Positions 44,018-54,120 of a stretch of 59,327 bases of DNA are shown in pieces (within the stretch, counting starts at the first letter, position 1; every line of letters begins with the position of its first letter). Location of the stretch: positions 1-59,327 of the IMG/VR virus record IMGVR_UViG_3300027741_000070; one strand, written 5' to 3'. The stretch is from a virus. Its lineage: Duplodnaviria; Caudoviricetes. The notes under the pieces were generated by a model. That model was not told the origin of the DNA. It searched no databases and worked only from the letters and a program-made list of their open reading frames with translations. The position numbers and the translations under genes were made by a program.

Positions 44018-44254
44018 ATGCAAAACCCAATCCCCGAATTGAAAGAAGCATTCCTTGGACTATCCGTTCACAAAGAAGTTCTTCTACCCGTATACGACCT
44101 AAACAAATGCGTATCAATGTTGGCCGAAGCCGGGTTCTCAGAAGACGAGGCTTTATCTGTTTTAAATAACTCAGACTTCACAGACAAATATGGCTCAGTC
44201 AAGCCGGTGTTCTGGCTGGGCAACCCAGAAGTAACTCATGTGTCGGTACATTGA
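44018..44254 (+). CDS. Hypothetical protein
   Basis: GAGG RBS; AFLG...VYDLNKC...PVF. Confidence 0.6.
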   Translation: MQNPIPELKEAFLGLSVHKEVLLPVYDLNKCVSMLAEAGFSEDEALSVLNNSDFTDKYGSVKPVFWLGNPEVTHVSVH

Positions 44255-44541
44255 ACTACCGAAACAAAAAGCTAACAGATGCCGCCAATGGTCAGCCCTG
44301 CATGAACTGCGGGTCTGAAGATGGCACAATAGTTTCAGCCCACTCTAATCAAAGCCGACACGGAAAGGGCATGAGCATCAAGGCACACGACTGCTTCATC
44401 GCATTTCTGTGTAGCCGCTGTCATCACGAAATTGACCAAGGCTCCAAGCTGTCAAAAGAAGAGCGCATTCACCTGTGGCAAAAGGCGCACGAAGCGACTC
44501 TGCTTCATCTTTTCAAAACCAACAAACTGGTGGTGAAATGA
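44251..44541 (+). CDS. HNH-like zinc-binding nuclease (DUF1364/Ref-like)
   Basis: CMNCG...VSAHSNQ..HGKGMSIKAHD...LCSRCHHEID. Confidence 0.75.
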   Translation: MNYRNKKLTDAANGQPCMNCGSEDGTIVSAHSNQSRHGKGMSIKAHDCFIAFLCSRCHHEIDQGSKLSKEERIHLWQKAHEATLLHLFKTNKLVVK

Positions 44542-44708
44542 CATACATTTGGTTCAATCTTTTGATGCTTCACTCAGGGCATCTATACTGGATAGATTCT
44601 TTTGAGTCGCTTTACGAATGCCAACAGATGGAAGTTTGGTATGAGGGTCAGCAGCAATACAAAACTGACAAGTTTTTTTGTCCGTTTGTTTGGGTCGATA
44701 GAACTTAA
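44538..44708 (+). CDS. Hypothetical protein (start MTYIWF)
   Basis: ATGA overlap; last gene before the convergent late arm. Confidence 0.5.
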   Translation: MTYIWFNLLMLHSGHLYWIDSFESLYECQQMEVWYEGQQQYKTDKFFCPFVWVDRT

Positions 44709-47700
44709 TCTCTAAGTTTCTTTACTTGCTCGTTGAGGCGCTTCATCTGAGCGATGATGCGGTCATTGATGCGCTTGATTTGTTCAGGATTGGCCCCGCG
44801 CTCAGTTAGGCGCTTTTTCTGTTGGCGCAACTCTTTGATGTTGTTCTCAATAGAGTTAGAGATTGGAACAAGTTTTGCCTCGGGGTTTTCTTTGATGTAC
44901 TCAAACACCGGCTCATGATTCTTGCGCCGACCTTTGATTTCATTCTCATGTTCGTTTAGGCGCGTGATGTTGTCGTAGTACCTCTGCATTTGTGCGGCGT
45001 TAGATTCTGCATTGCCATAGAACCTGCCAACCAATGGAATCTTGTACGGAGCCAACTCTTCTCCAGTAGAAATGCTGGAGACTGCTTGTGCGCCCTTGCC
45101 AATTTCACGCGCAACACCACCACCAATTTGTCCAATTACATAGTCAATCTGGTCTGGAGTCCAGTTAATACCACCCGGCTTGTACTTTGTGCCGCCGCTT
45201 GCTTTGTTTAAAAACTCTGCCATCCACTTGCTCCAAGCAGTAGCAGTGTCCTTTGTTCTAAGGTAGCCCGGCGTCGGGTCAGTAGCATTCAATTCTGGTT
45301 TGTAAATCGGGCGACCAAATGAATCTTTGTTTTCTGCAAGAGCAGCAAACGGGTCAAGCGCCGTAGGTGCAACAGTTTGTAAAGACCAGCCGCCACCACC
45401 AATCGGGTTAAACGTATCAATCACAGAACCAAAAATGCCTGTTATGTGTTTGCCGGTATCACGGAATCCACTGAGACACCATTCCATTATGTTGCGCGAA
45501 ACATTTGGAATGACGTTGTATCCCAACGGCATCGGAATAGAAATGTATTTCTTCCCGCCAACCGGGATAACAATGTTACGTTCCTTCAAGAATTCTGGCG
45601 GTTCATCTTCATCGAATCCTGCCGCAGCCAAGGCTAGAGCCTGAACAATGCCCAACAACAATCCGCCATAAATAATCTTCTTCGCCATTGGACCCCGGAG
45701 GGTTTCCAAGATGCGCGCGTTGCCCTGAACAGAGGCGTTAAAGAACGCATACAAAGCGCCCATCTGGGTAGCAATGTTGCCCTTGCGGTTGAAGTTGACG
45801 GTGATGTTCTTGGCAACACTGGCCGCCTGCTGCTTGGACAAACCTTTGTCCAGCGCGGCTTTATAAGCCGTAAGGCGAACAGCGTTTTCCATCGAGGTGT
45901 TGTAATCAGATAAGAAGTCACCTAAAGCCCGGAGCTTCGGCATAACTCCAGTGCCATCAATGCTTTTGATTTCAGTTTTGATAGCGTCAGCCCGCTCTTC
46001 AGTGCTGCTATACATACTGCGATAGCCAGTTTGACCGCCTTCCTCTTGGAGTTCTTGCCACAGCTTTGCCCATTGCGAAGCAGGCATGGTCCCCTTGTCT
46101 CGCTCTGCTCTTGAGACCTTCCAAATTGCCCCGAGCGCACCATTCAAGTTTTCCACGCTCATGACATCTTTAACTTTGTCTGCGATAGGCGTAGTAGACA
46201 AGTTAAGGGTTGCGCCTTCGATGTCGCGCAAGAAGTTAACAATACCGAATATAGGGTTGTACTGAGTATTCACCCGAGCAAACCAACGGCTAATCCCGCC
46301 CATGATGGACATGACGCGGCCAAGTTCGTCTGCATCAAGATTCTTCAATGCCGATACCATCCGTTTTGCGCGCGGGTCGTTGCTGTTAAACAACAAATAG
46401 TGATTGCGCCCGTTAATTCTGGTAGCAAGAATGTTGGGGCTGTTTAAAACATACGGGTCAATTTTGTTTGTTACAAGCCCGGTCTTATGGTCAATGACTT
46501 TTCTTGTGGGCTGCTGGAAGATGTTCTGAATATCGTTAGGGCTGATACCAAGATTTAACAGTTCATTCTGAACCTTGGACACATCTTTGATAGCCTCTGG
46601 GTCGATTGGCAACCAGAAGTCTTTGTTGGGGTTCTGAACGGCAAGACCATACACAGACTGTGCCACGCGATTCTTTTCGGCACGGATGATGGCGCGTTCA
46701 CGCTGCATGACAATGTTGGCAAAGATTTGAACAACACCGCGATTTGAACCCATTGCTCGCTTCGAGAAGTCACCTCGAATGTTGAAGCCTTGACCAACGC
46801 CATACCCAGATGTAGTTACATAGTCCGCGTCTTCGCGGAACAGCGGAACGTAGTGCGGGTAAGTCTGCTCCCACGAAGCAATTGTTTGCGGTAGCTCAAG
46901 ACCAGAATCAACAAGAACCTGACGAGTGTCACGGTTGATGTCATCCACCCGCTTTGCAATCGAATCTAATAAGCGACGACGAGCGGGCGGTATTGCATTC
47001 AAATAGTTACGAGCGGTTTGTGTCGCAATGCCAGAACCAGCATCAGGCATTGCCGGGTTAATGCTGGCAATTTGTTTGTTGCGTTCTTCTGCATGACGGT
47101 TGTGCAAGAACTCTTCAAACTCAGGGATGCTGATGTTGTGCTTTGAAAGGTCGAGCAGCAGCGGGCGAAGCTCAGTCCGCAGGAAACGCTCCGTCTGTTG
47201 TGCTGTGCGCCCGTGATAAAGCTCTTCTTGAAGATATGGATTCCATTTGTCAAGAATTTTTCCAGCAGCTTTGGTGATTTCCTGAACGACGCGTTTAACG
47301 TCAACCATCTTGTCCTGTATTTGGAAGATGGCATCGTCAGTCTTGCTATCTGTCGGCTCAGTCCAAGTGGGAAGAGTTGCCGGTTGGCCCAAAACGTTTT
47401 GCGGCAAAGCAAATTGAATTTTGTCAGAGCCAAGACCAAACTCACCATTGTTGCCAAATGCAGCTTTGATTTGTTTTGGACTAAAGACAGCTACGTTCTT
47501 GTAGAACTGGCCCTTCGTAGCTTCGGTAATAAAGAAGCCATCGAAGCCAAGACGCTTAATTGCATCAATCACTTCGCCCGTTTCAAATACAGGCCATGCC
47601 CCTGACATCAGCCTTTGGCGCAAGCCTTCCTTGCTGTACTTTTTGGGTTCAATGATTGACTCGGGCGCAACGTAGAACTCTTCTTCCGTCCCGCCGCCTT

Positions 47701-50700
47701 CACTCGGCACCTTAACGCTATAGTAAGGATGAAGGATAACCTTCCTAATATTCTGGAAGATTTTAATGTTAGCGCCCTTCATTACCTCGTCAACCAATCT
47801 GTTGACTTGCTCTTCGTTTTCGTAATCAAAAACGTTTTTTGGGTTCAGATATACCGGGTATACAACACCCTTGTTTCTATCTTCGCCAAGCTCTTCCGCT
47901 TTGTAATTGATAAAGGTATCTGCGGGAATCGGGCTGGGCGAAAAGAAGATTGCGTCAGCCGTTCCAGTCTTAAACGCTTCAATGTTTCTTGTGCTGCCGT
48001 GGTAGAACAGGCGTGGGCGACCCTCTTTGTCAACAAGCTGTCCGTCACCAAACCAGCGCCAGAAATTTCTGATGCCATCTTTGGTTGGATAGATTTGTGA
48101 GCCATTGGCATTCAATGACGGCTTGCGCTTGCCTTGGGCAAGAACGGTCATCGGCAGGGCATGACGCGGAAATCCGTTTTGACGAACAGACTTGACAAGC
48201 TCTGGCGTGACGCTGAAGCCAAGTTGTTGGCTTGTTTCGTTATCCGTTGCCCATTTGGTGGCATCACCAACAACTGGAAGCTCAACAACCTCTACCTGAC
48301 TGCCATACTTTTTGAGCAACGAGTTAAGTTTGTTGGGCAAAATTTTGCCGTAGAAGTTTTCAAACCCTTCTTTTGTACTGCCGCCATCACTTTTTTCGGG
48401 GAAACGATAGTGCGCTTGAGCCGGATTAATAAAGGCTACTTTGTCATAGCCGCCGCTAACGGCCATAGCAATAATTCTTTTTGCGGCAAGTTCAACCCAT
48501 TTGCCAGTATCTTGAACATAAGGCCCAGCCGGAACTTTTTGGACTGGCAACTCTTCTATTTTTTTATAAAGCTCTGTAATTTTATTTCTTAATTCTGAAC
48601 GCATATCTGCTTTTTCTTCAAAATCAGGAACTTTTTTACGAGCGTATTCCGCTTCAATTAAATAATCATTTATCCTGCCTTCTTCATATTGAAGTTGTTC
48701 AATTTGTAAATTGATTTTTTCTTTTTCTTTTTCTATTCTTTGGGCTTCTTCTTTTTCATCGCGTAAAACAAAACCAACATCTCGACCGCTCTGCGCCCAA
48801 TCCGATTGCACTTCTTCAACAAACAAAACATTGTTTCCAAGAACATCTTGGCGGTCATTTGTACGCAAGTGATACAACACATTGGCGTCAGGAAAGTGAG
48901 AATTGTAATAATTAAAAGCAATGTTTTTGGCTGCTGGCCCAGACAAAACAACTGGAATCTCTCGATAGTTGTCGCCGCCATCTAAAGTCCATTCTGAAAA
49001 TTTTGAATTTCCATTAGCGCCAAGACTTTCATTGGCTTCGTATGCAAGCTCTTGTTTGATGTCTTCAATGTCTTCAAACGAATCTATTAATTCGTTATTA
49101 ACGTCATACAAATCAAAGGGATAATAATTACGGTCAAACTTGTAAGCTATAAAAGAAAAGTCTTGCCCGCCAATGTTAACCACAAATTCATAAGCACCTT
49201 CAACCGGTTTGCCATTTGGGTCAACCTGCTCTGGCATTTGGTCCGTTACATCTATAACACCAATTTCAGGGCGACCGGCAGATTCATAAACCACATCACG
49301 CGGGTTATCAAAGGCTTGCAGGTAATCAACAATTTGTTTCTGCGAGACTTTGTTTTTGCCTTGGCTCATCAACCATTCATCTAGACCAGTCCAGAAGTAT
49401 TCGCCTTCTTTGCCCCCGGCTTGATTTGCGTTTGCGTTGAACCATTGCCGCCACACACCAGCCGATTGATTCTCAAGTTTGTTGGGTGCATTAACGACAA
49501 GCCGGTTGAGCGGCGAATACAGGAAGTCTTCCGCCATCACCCGTTGCGCTTCGGGCGAAAGGTTGTTGTAGTCCTCTAACGATAGAGCGTGCTTTACGCC
49601 TTCGGCTTTCTGCTCTGCGCGGGCGCCCTTCAGTTCGCCCTTCAATGCGCGTTGGAATACCTTCTCGGTGCTATCAAAGCCTTGCCCGCGCAGAGTCGAG
49701 CCCATCGACTCAAGGAACATCTTCATGCGGTTTAACAATCCTTGGATAGCGCCAGTAGGCTTGTAATCTCCGCCCATCCAGTCGCCAAACGCATCAGCGA
49801 TGGCTTCTTCGATTTGCTCTTCTTCGCTAAGATGACCATACCGCTCTTCGGTGCGGTACTTCTTAATCCATTCGCTCTTTGCCTTGCGAGTGAGGATGTC
49901 CCACTCTTTGTCGCTAAACATCCCAAGCTCACGCAAGGCGTGGACGGTTTCATGACCAAAGGTCGCCAGTACACCGCGCGTGTTATCTAAAGAAGCATGG
50001 ATGACCCGGTTAAGGTAGTAGCCATCCACCGGAGTCATCTGTCCATTGACCATGCTGGTCAATTTGTTGGAGATATTCAGCCCAATGTTTTGCAGACCCA
50101 TCTGGTCTAGAGTACCGCGCAGACGCGACGTAACCTCCTGCACCTTCTGCTGCATCTCAGGTGTGGCTTGGGGCTCAAACGTTGTTTCTGCACCTTCTTC
50201 AGTCGGAGTTTCTTCTGGCGCGAATAAGTCTTTCTGCGCCTTTCTCAGACCCTCACGATGCGGGGCTTCATCTTGATAGATTGCTTGCTGCTGTTCAAGC
50301 GAAGCGTTTTCAGCAATAAACTTTTCCGCTTCCTCGCGGGTTGCAAACGGGACTACTGTCTTCGCCGTCTTGCCCGGACGGTACTGACGAACTTCATATC
50401 CGCTTTCCTCGCCCTTCTTTTCGTTGATTGGCTTAACTTCTGTCGGGGTCGCAATCTTTTCCCGCTCTTGATTTAATTGTTCAATTTGTTGCTGTGCTTC
50501 GGCAATTTTTGCCGCAGCATTGTCATGCTCTTCAGAAAGTTTTTCATCGCTCATATCACTAGCGATGGCGATGTTCAGGTTTTCACTTACTGCCGAAATG
50601 ATTTCGTTCTGAGACTCAATCTTTTTGTCAATCTCACCAGTCATACGCTCAACACGCGCATCCATTTGGGTCTTGATGTTTTCTGCTTCTTCGGGAGTAG

Positions 50701-52327
50701 CGGCCTTGCGGGTAACGTTGATGCCGGGGTTTGTTACTTCATAGCCTTCGGCAGTAGTTTCCCCGGTCTGGCGGGTAACAGGCGAAGCATAAAAGTACGG
50801 CGTCGTCCCATCTAAGTGAGGAGCAATGCGGTCCTCTTCTTTGATGAAGCTAAATTGTGGAGCTTCTTCAGTTCCGGTGTTAACAATCTCGCCGCGACGG
50901 ATAAGCTCATTGGCTACAGCAGTTGCATCACCCTCGTGTGCAACATCATCGCCCGTTTGTTTGTTGATGTAATCCAAACCAAACGGCTTGTCTTTTTCAG
51001 CCTTTGACAAGAAGTTGTTTGCTTCAGCAGAAACCGTTTCTCCGGGAAGATTGCTGCCAAGCGGGTGTGCAATTTCAGCAACATCTGGGATGGCTTGCTC
51101 TTTTTCTTTTTCTGCCTGCGCCCGCTCTTCCATGACCTTTTGTGCGCGTTGGGCCTGAAGTGCGTTGATACCACCAGCACCACCACCCATAAGGGCGCCC
51201 ATAGCACCAGCCATACCAGCGGCAGCACCAACGCCTTGCATCGGGTCTTGTTGACCCGGCATGAAAATGTTTCCAAGGTACTGACCGCCGCCTTCTTCAC
51301 CCGCCTCAGAAAAGCCTTCACCAAAAAAACTTTTGGCAGTTTGTTTGCCAAATTGAGATGCGCTCTTGCCTAAAGTCTTGCCTGCCGCCCCAGCAACAAG
51401 TTGCTCTAAAGAGTGACCGCCGGGAACAGCGTATTGCGCTACAAGACTTAAAGCGGTGGCCGGAAGAAGAGAGCCACTTGCTGCGCCTTCAGCAACAATT
51501 CTGCGAGCATCCTCTGGGCTTGCACCTTCTTTGATGGCAGCTTGATACTCTGGAGTTTCGGCAAGTTTGCCCCCATCCATCTCCATGACGGAGTTGAAGT
51601 TTTGATTGGCTACGCTTGCACCTTGCATAGTAGCGCCACCAACAACCGTCTTGATTGTTTCTGGACCACCAAGGAACTTCATGCCTTTCTCGCCAAGAAT
51701 CTTGGCTGCGCGCTCTCCAGCGGCTTCGGCCAGTTTGGGTGCTACAGCTTTGCCAACTTTGGCAAGGCCGGTTCCCAAAAGCCTACCGCCAACAATTGAA
51801 GACAAGGCTTCCGGCCCATAGCTTGCTAAAAGTTCTGGGGTTGTGAGGGTTTCTCTGGCGGCAATCCCGGCCTCATCTAAAAGAGATGTTGACTCTTCAA
51901 GTTTCTTGGCAAGATTTTTTTGTGCTGCCTTGGATTGCTCTGAATACAAGTCTTTTTGAACATCTCGCAGAAACTTGGCATTTCCTCTCGAAATACCAAG
52001 TTTTCCAATGTCTTCAGAATATTCGGGGGCAACACCTTTCAACAAACTGGCTATTCCTTTATCGGCGCCAGTCAATCTTCCAAAAGTATCGGTTGGAGTA
52101 AATTCTGCAAATGTTTCAACAAGACTAGGAATAATTCCAGCCGTACCCACGGCAACGTCACGCAGACCGGCACCGAACGTGTATGGCTTTTTAGGAATTT
52201 CAGGCGCGGGCAGATTGATGTTTTTTGATTTAGCAATCTGACTGACGTAATCATCCACCAGATTAACTGGTACGTCGTCAGGAATACTAACCGGACCTAA
52301 TCCGGGAACATCAATATTTACAGGCAT
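44705..52327 (-). CDS. Large polyvalent (probably virion-ejected) protein: zincin-like metallopeptidase, ADP-ribosyltransferase-like and LPD38-like domains
   Basis: GHETVH (HExxH); FWRWFGD..LVDKEGRP..FYHGS...VYPVYL...GFDG...VAVFSPKQIK (ART-PolyVal-like); NITVNFNRKG...LYAFFNASVQG...IPMPLGY...ENKDSFGRPI (LPD38-like). Confidence 0.82.
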   Translation of the reverse strand: MPVNIDVPGLGPVSIPDDVPVNLVDDYVSQIAKSKNINLPAPEIPKKPYTFGAGLRDVAVGTAGIIPSLVETFAEFTPTDTFGRLTGADKGIASLLKGVAPEYSEDIGKLGISRGNAKFLRDVQKDLYSEQSKAAQKNLAKKLEESTSLLDEAGIAARETLTTPELLASYGPEALSSIVGGRLLGTGLAKVGKAVAPKLAEAAGERAAKILGEKGMKFLGGPETIKTVVGGATMQGASVANQNFNSVMEMDGGKLAETPEYQAAIKEGASPEDARRIVAEGAASGSLLPATALSLVAQYAVPGGHSLEQLVAGAAGKTLGKSASQFGKQTAKSFFGEGFSEAGEEGGGQYLGNIFMPGQQDPMQGVGAAAGMAGAMGALMGGGAGGINALQAQRAQKVMEERAQAEKEKEQAIPDVAEIAHPLGSNLPGETVSAEANNFLSKAEKDKPFGLDYINKQTGDDVAHEGDATAVANELIRRGEIVNTGTEEAPQFSFIKEEDRIAPHLDGTTPYFYASPVTRQTGETTAEGYEVTNPGINVTRKAATPEEAENIKTQMDARVERMTGEIDKKIESQNEIISAVSENLNIAIASDMSDEKLSEEHDNAAAKIAEAQQQIEQLNQEREKIATPTEVKPINEKKGEESGYEVRQYRPGKTAKTVVPFATREEAEKFIAENASLEQQQAIYQDEAPHREGLRKAQKDLFAPEETPTEEGAETTFEPQATPEMQQKVQEVTSRLRGTLDQMGLQNIGLNISNKLTSMVNGQMTPVDGYYLNRVIHASLDNTRGVLATFGHETVHALRELGMFSDKEWDILTRKAKSEWIKKYRTEERYGHLSEEEQIEEAIADAFGDWMGGDYKPTGAIQGLLNRMKMFLESMGSTLRGQGFDSTEKVFQRALKGELKGARAEQKAEGVKHALSLEDYNNLSPEAQRVMAEDFLYSPLNRLVVNAPNKLENQSAGVWRQWFNANANQAGGKEGEYFWTGLDEWLMSQGKNKVSQKQIVDYLQAFDNPRDVVYESAGRPEIGVIDVTDQMPEQVDPNGKPVEGAYEFVVNIGGQDFSFIAYKFDRNYYPFDLYDVNNELIDSFEDIEDIKQELAYEANESLGANGNSKFSEWTLDGGDNYREIPVVLSGPAAKNIAFNYYNSHFPDANVLYHLRTNDRQDVLGNNVLFVEEVQSDWAQSGRDVGFVLRDEKEEAQRIEKEKEKINLQIEQLQYEEGRINDYLIEAEYARKKVPDFEEKADMRSELRNKITELYKKIEELPVQKVPAGPYVQDTGKWVELAAKRIIAMAVSGGYDKVAFINPAQAHYRFPEKSDGGSTKEGFENFYGKILPNKLNSLLKKYGSQVEVVELPVVGDATKWATDNETSQQLGFSVTPELVKSVRQNGFPRHALPMTVLAQGKRKPSLNANGSQIYPTKDGIRNFWRWFGDGQLVDKEGRPRLFYHGSTRNIEAFKTGTADAIFFSPSPIPADTFINYKAEELGEDRNKGVVYPVYLNPKNVFDYENEEQVNRLVDEVMKGANIKIFQNIRKVILHPYYSVKVPSEGGGTEEEFYVAPESIIEPKKYSKEGLRQRLMSGAWPVFETGEVIDAIKRLGFDGFFITEATKGQFYKNVAVFSPKQIKAAFGNNGEFGLGSDKIQFALPQNVLGQPATLPTWTEPTDSKTDDAIFQIQDKMVDVKRVVQEITKAAGKILDKWNPYLQEELYHGRTAQQTERFLRTELRPLLLDLSKHNISIPEFEEFLHNRHAEERNKQIASINPAMPDAGSGIATQTARNYLNAIPPARRRLLDSIAKRVDDINRDTRQVLVDSGLELPQTIASWEQTYPHYVPLFREDADYVTTSGYGVGQGFNIRGDFSKRAMGSNRGVVQIFANIVMQRERAIIRAEKNRVAQSVYGLAVQNPNKDFWLPIDPEAIKDVSKVQNELLNLGISPNDIQNIFQQPTRKVIDHKTGLVTNKIDPYVLNSPNILATRINGRNHYLLFNSNDPRAKRMVSALKNLDADELGRVMSIMGGISRWFARVNTQYNPIFGIVNFLRDIEGATLNLSTTPIADKVKDVMSVENLNGALGAIWKVSRAERDKGTMPASQWAKLWQELQEEGGQTGYRSMYSSTEERADAIKTEIKSIDGTGVMPKLRALGDFLSDYNTSMENAVRLTAYKAALDKGLSKQQAASVAKNITVNFNRKGNIATQMGALYAFFNASVQGNARILETLRGPMAKKIIYGGLLLGIVQALALAAAGFDEDEPPEFLKERNIVIPVGGKKYISIPMPLGYNVIPNVSRNIMEWCLSGFRDTGKHITGIFGSVIDTFNPIGGGGWSLQTVAPTALDPFAALAENKDSFGRPIYKPELNATDPTPGYLRTKDTATAWSKWMAEFLNKASGGTKYKPGGINWTPDQIDYVIGQIGGGVAREIGKGAQAVSSISTGEELAPYKIPLVGRFYGNAESNAAQMQRYYDNITRLNEHENEIKGRRKNHEPVFEYIKENPEAKLVPISNSIENNIKELRQQKKRLTERGANPEQIKRINDRIIAQMKRLNEQVKKLRD

Positions 52328-52355
52328 TTAAACACCCATGAAGTGTTTTAACACT

Positions 52356-54116
52356 TTAACCTAAACCGGCCATTGCTTTCAAGTTCGGGGTAATGCCGTA
52401 ATACAACTCAAGCTCTTGACGCATACGTTGCTCTTCAACTTTACGGGCAGTTGGTGATAGTTCCGAAAGTTTGGCTTGACGGTCCGTATACCATTCCGGG
52501 AATCCGTTCTTGCTCGTGTCTTGCATCATGTTTGTTGTCTTTGTTGCAACCACATCAAGAGCCTTAAGCAGGCGGTCAGATGCGCGCGTTTCTCCAGCTT
52601 GCTTAAGAGCCGCTTCACGCTCTTTGCGGCGTTCATCAATATCAGCAGCGCGAACTGCAATTTCCCTGTTCGTAGCGCCAATTGATTGACGGTGGAAGTC
52701 TGCTGTATCTCTTGCTTGTGCAGCGGTAAGGCCGAGAGCAACCGCTTGCCTGTTAGCCTCAACACCATTTCTATGAGCATCTTGGCTGGAGTTGTAGAGT
52801 TGATTGGACAGACCAATAAGTCCGGCATTCTCTGCGCGTTGAGCGGCTTTGAACTTGAACCGCGACTCTTCCAATTGGTTTTTGGCTTCTTCGTCGGCGG
52901 CTTTAGCCTTTTGATGGTATTCAAATCCTTTTAGTGCGCCCTCCGCTGCTGCTTGAAGCGGATTTAATTTTGCTGATGTTGCCATCCCCAAACCGGCATT
53001 AATCAAAAAATTAGGTAAGTAATTTTTTTGATTTTCTTCAATTTTCTTTTGGCGCGCTTGAATAAATGGTTCATAACCCGCAACAGCACTTTCTCCTAAT
53101 TGACTTTTGGCAAAATCAATAGCCTGCTGCTGTGTCATTGCTTCTGGAACCGCCTGTTGTGCGGTTGCCCAACTTGGAATCGCATACGGGTCAGCAACTA
53201 CGTTGCCAGCCTTAAAGTGCTTGACCTCACCGCCGGCGGCATAGCCTTCTAAGTAGTCATGGATTTCGCTGGACAGGCCTGCCAGACCGCCTTTGGCAAA
53301 GTGGTGGGTGTACATTAAGTTTCCACTCATGTGACCACGCGGGTCGCGCATCAGGCGGGCATCGATTGAAGAGTCATCATCAAGACGACGACCATAAGAT
53401 GCCCCTAATGCAGCACCATGAGGGGTCGGGTTGATGTTAGCCATCAAACGATTCTTTTCATCGTTATAGCCAACGTCATAGCCCGTTATACCACTATATC
53501 CGGGCGCATGAATGCCTTGAATGCCAGCACTCAAACGACCTTTACCTATTGGATAAGAACCGCCAATCCGGCCTGTCACGTTACTTTGCGAAGGAACGCC
53601 ATCGCCCATACGGTTGTATGCGGCGCTCAAATCCATGCTGCCAGCACCAACCGGAATTGACGGGTTGATTCCTGCTGATTGCATCCCCTTGCCTTCATAC
53701 ATATGGGGTCGCAGATACTCTTGGATTGCATCTTCAAGACTGCCGCCTTCGGCCAAAGCAACAACGCCGCCGTCATAGAATTGTTGCGGTTGTTGTTGTG
53801 CAGCTTCCATCATCGGGGCTTGACTCAGTTGCATACCTTCCGGCGGGGGAACTGAGCCAATTCCCATAGCTTCAGGTAGTTGTTGCGGTTGTTGCCGCAT
53901 TTTTTGAGTGTCTTTTTGCAACAATTCTTCAATGATTGATGTTTTTGTCGGCTGGCCTTGATTTGCAGCAGCATACTTTTCGCGCATTTCTTCCCGGCGC
54001 AGCTTTTCGCTGGCCACCAAATATTCGGGAAAATCACCAGTAGGGTTCTTAAGATACTGAGTAAGTTCAGTATCCGGCGCACCCTTCAGAAGTTTTGATG
54101 CTTTGATAAGGTTCAT
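52356..54116 (-). CDS. Internal virion/ejection protein
   Basis: Gln/Ala-rich with FYDGG, AEGG, AKGG and AAGG motifs; in the ejection module. Confidence 0.7.
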   Translation of the reverse strand: MNLIKASKLLKGAPDTELTQYLKNPTGDFPEYLVASEKLRREEMREKYAAANQGQPTKTSIIEELLQKDTQKMRQQPQQLPEAMGIGSVPPPEGMQLSQAPMMEAAQQQPQQFYDGGVVALAEGGSLEDAIQEYLRPHMYEGKGMQSAGINPSIPVGAGSMDLSAAYNRMGDGVPSQSNVTGRIGGSYPIGKGRLSAGIQGIHAPGYSGITGYDVGYNDEKNRLMANINPTPHGAALGASYGRRLDDDSSIDARLMRDPRGHMSGNLMYTHHFAKGGLAGLSSEIHDYLEGYAAGGEVKHFKAGNVVADPYAIPSWATAQQAVPEAMTQQQAIDFAKSQLGESAVAGYEPFIQARQKKIEENQKNYLPNFLINAGLGMATSAKLNPLQAAAEGALKGFEYHQKAKAADEEAKNQLEESRFKFKAAQRAENAGLIGLSNQLYNSSQDAHRNGVEANRQAVALGLTAAQARDTADFHRQSIGATNREIAVRAADIDERRKEREAALKQAGETRASDRLLKALDVVATKTTNMMQDTSKNGFPEWYTDRQAKLSELSPTARKVEEQRMRQELELYYGITPNLKAMAGLG

Positions 54117-54120
54117 GTTA

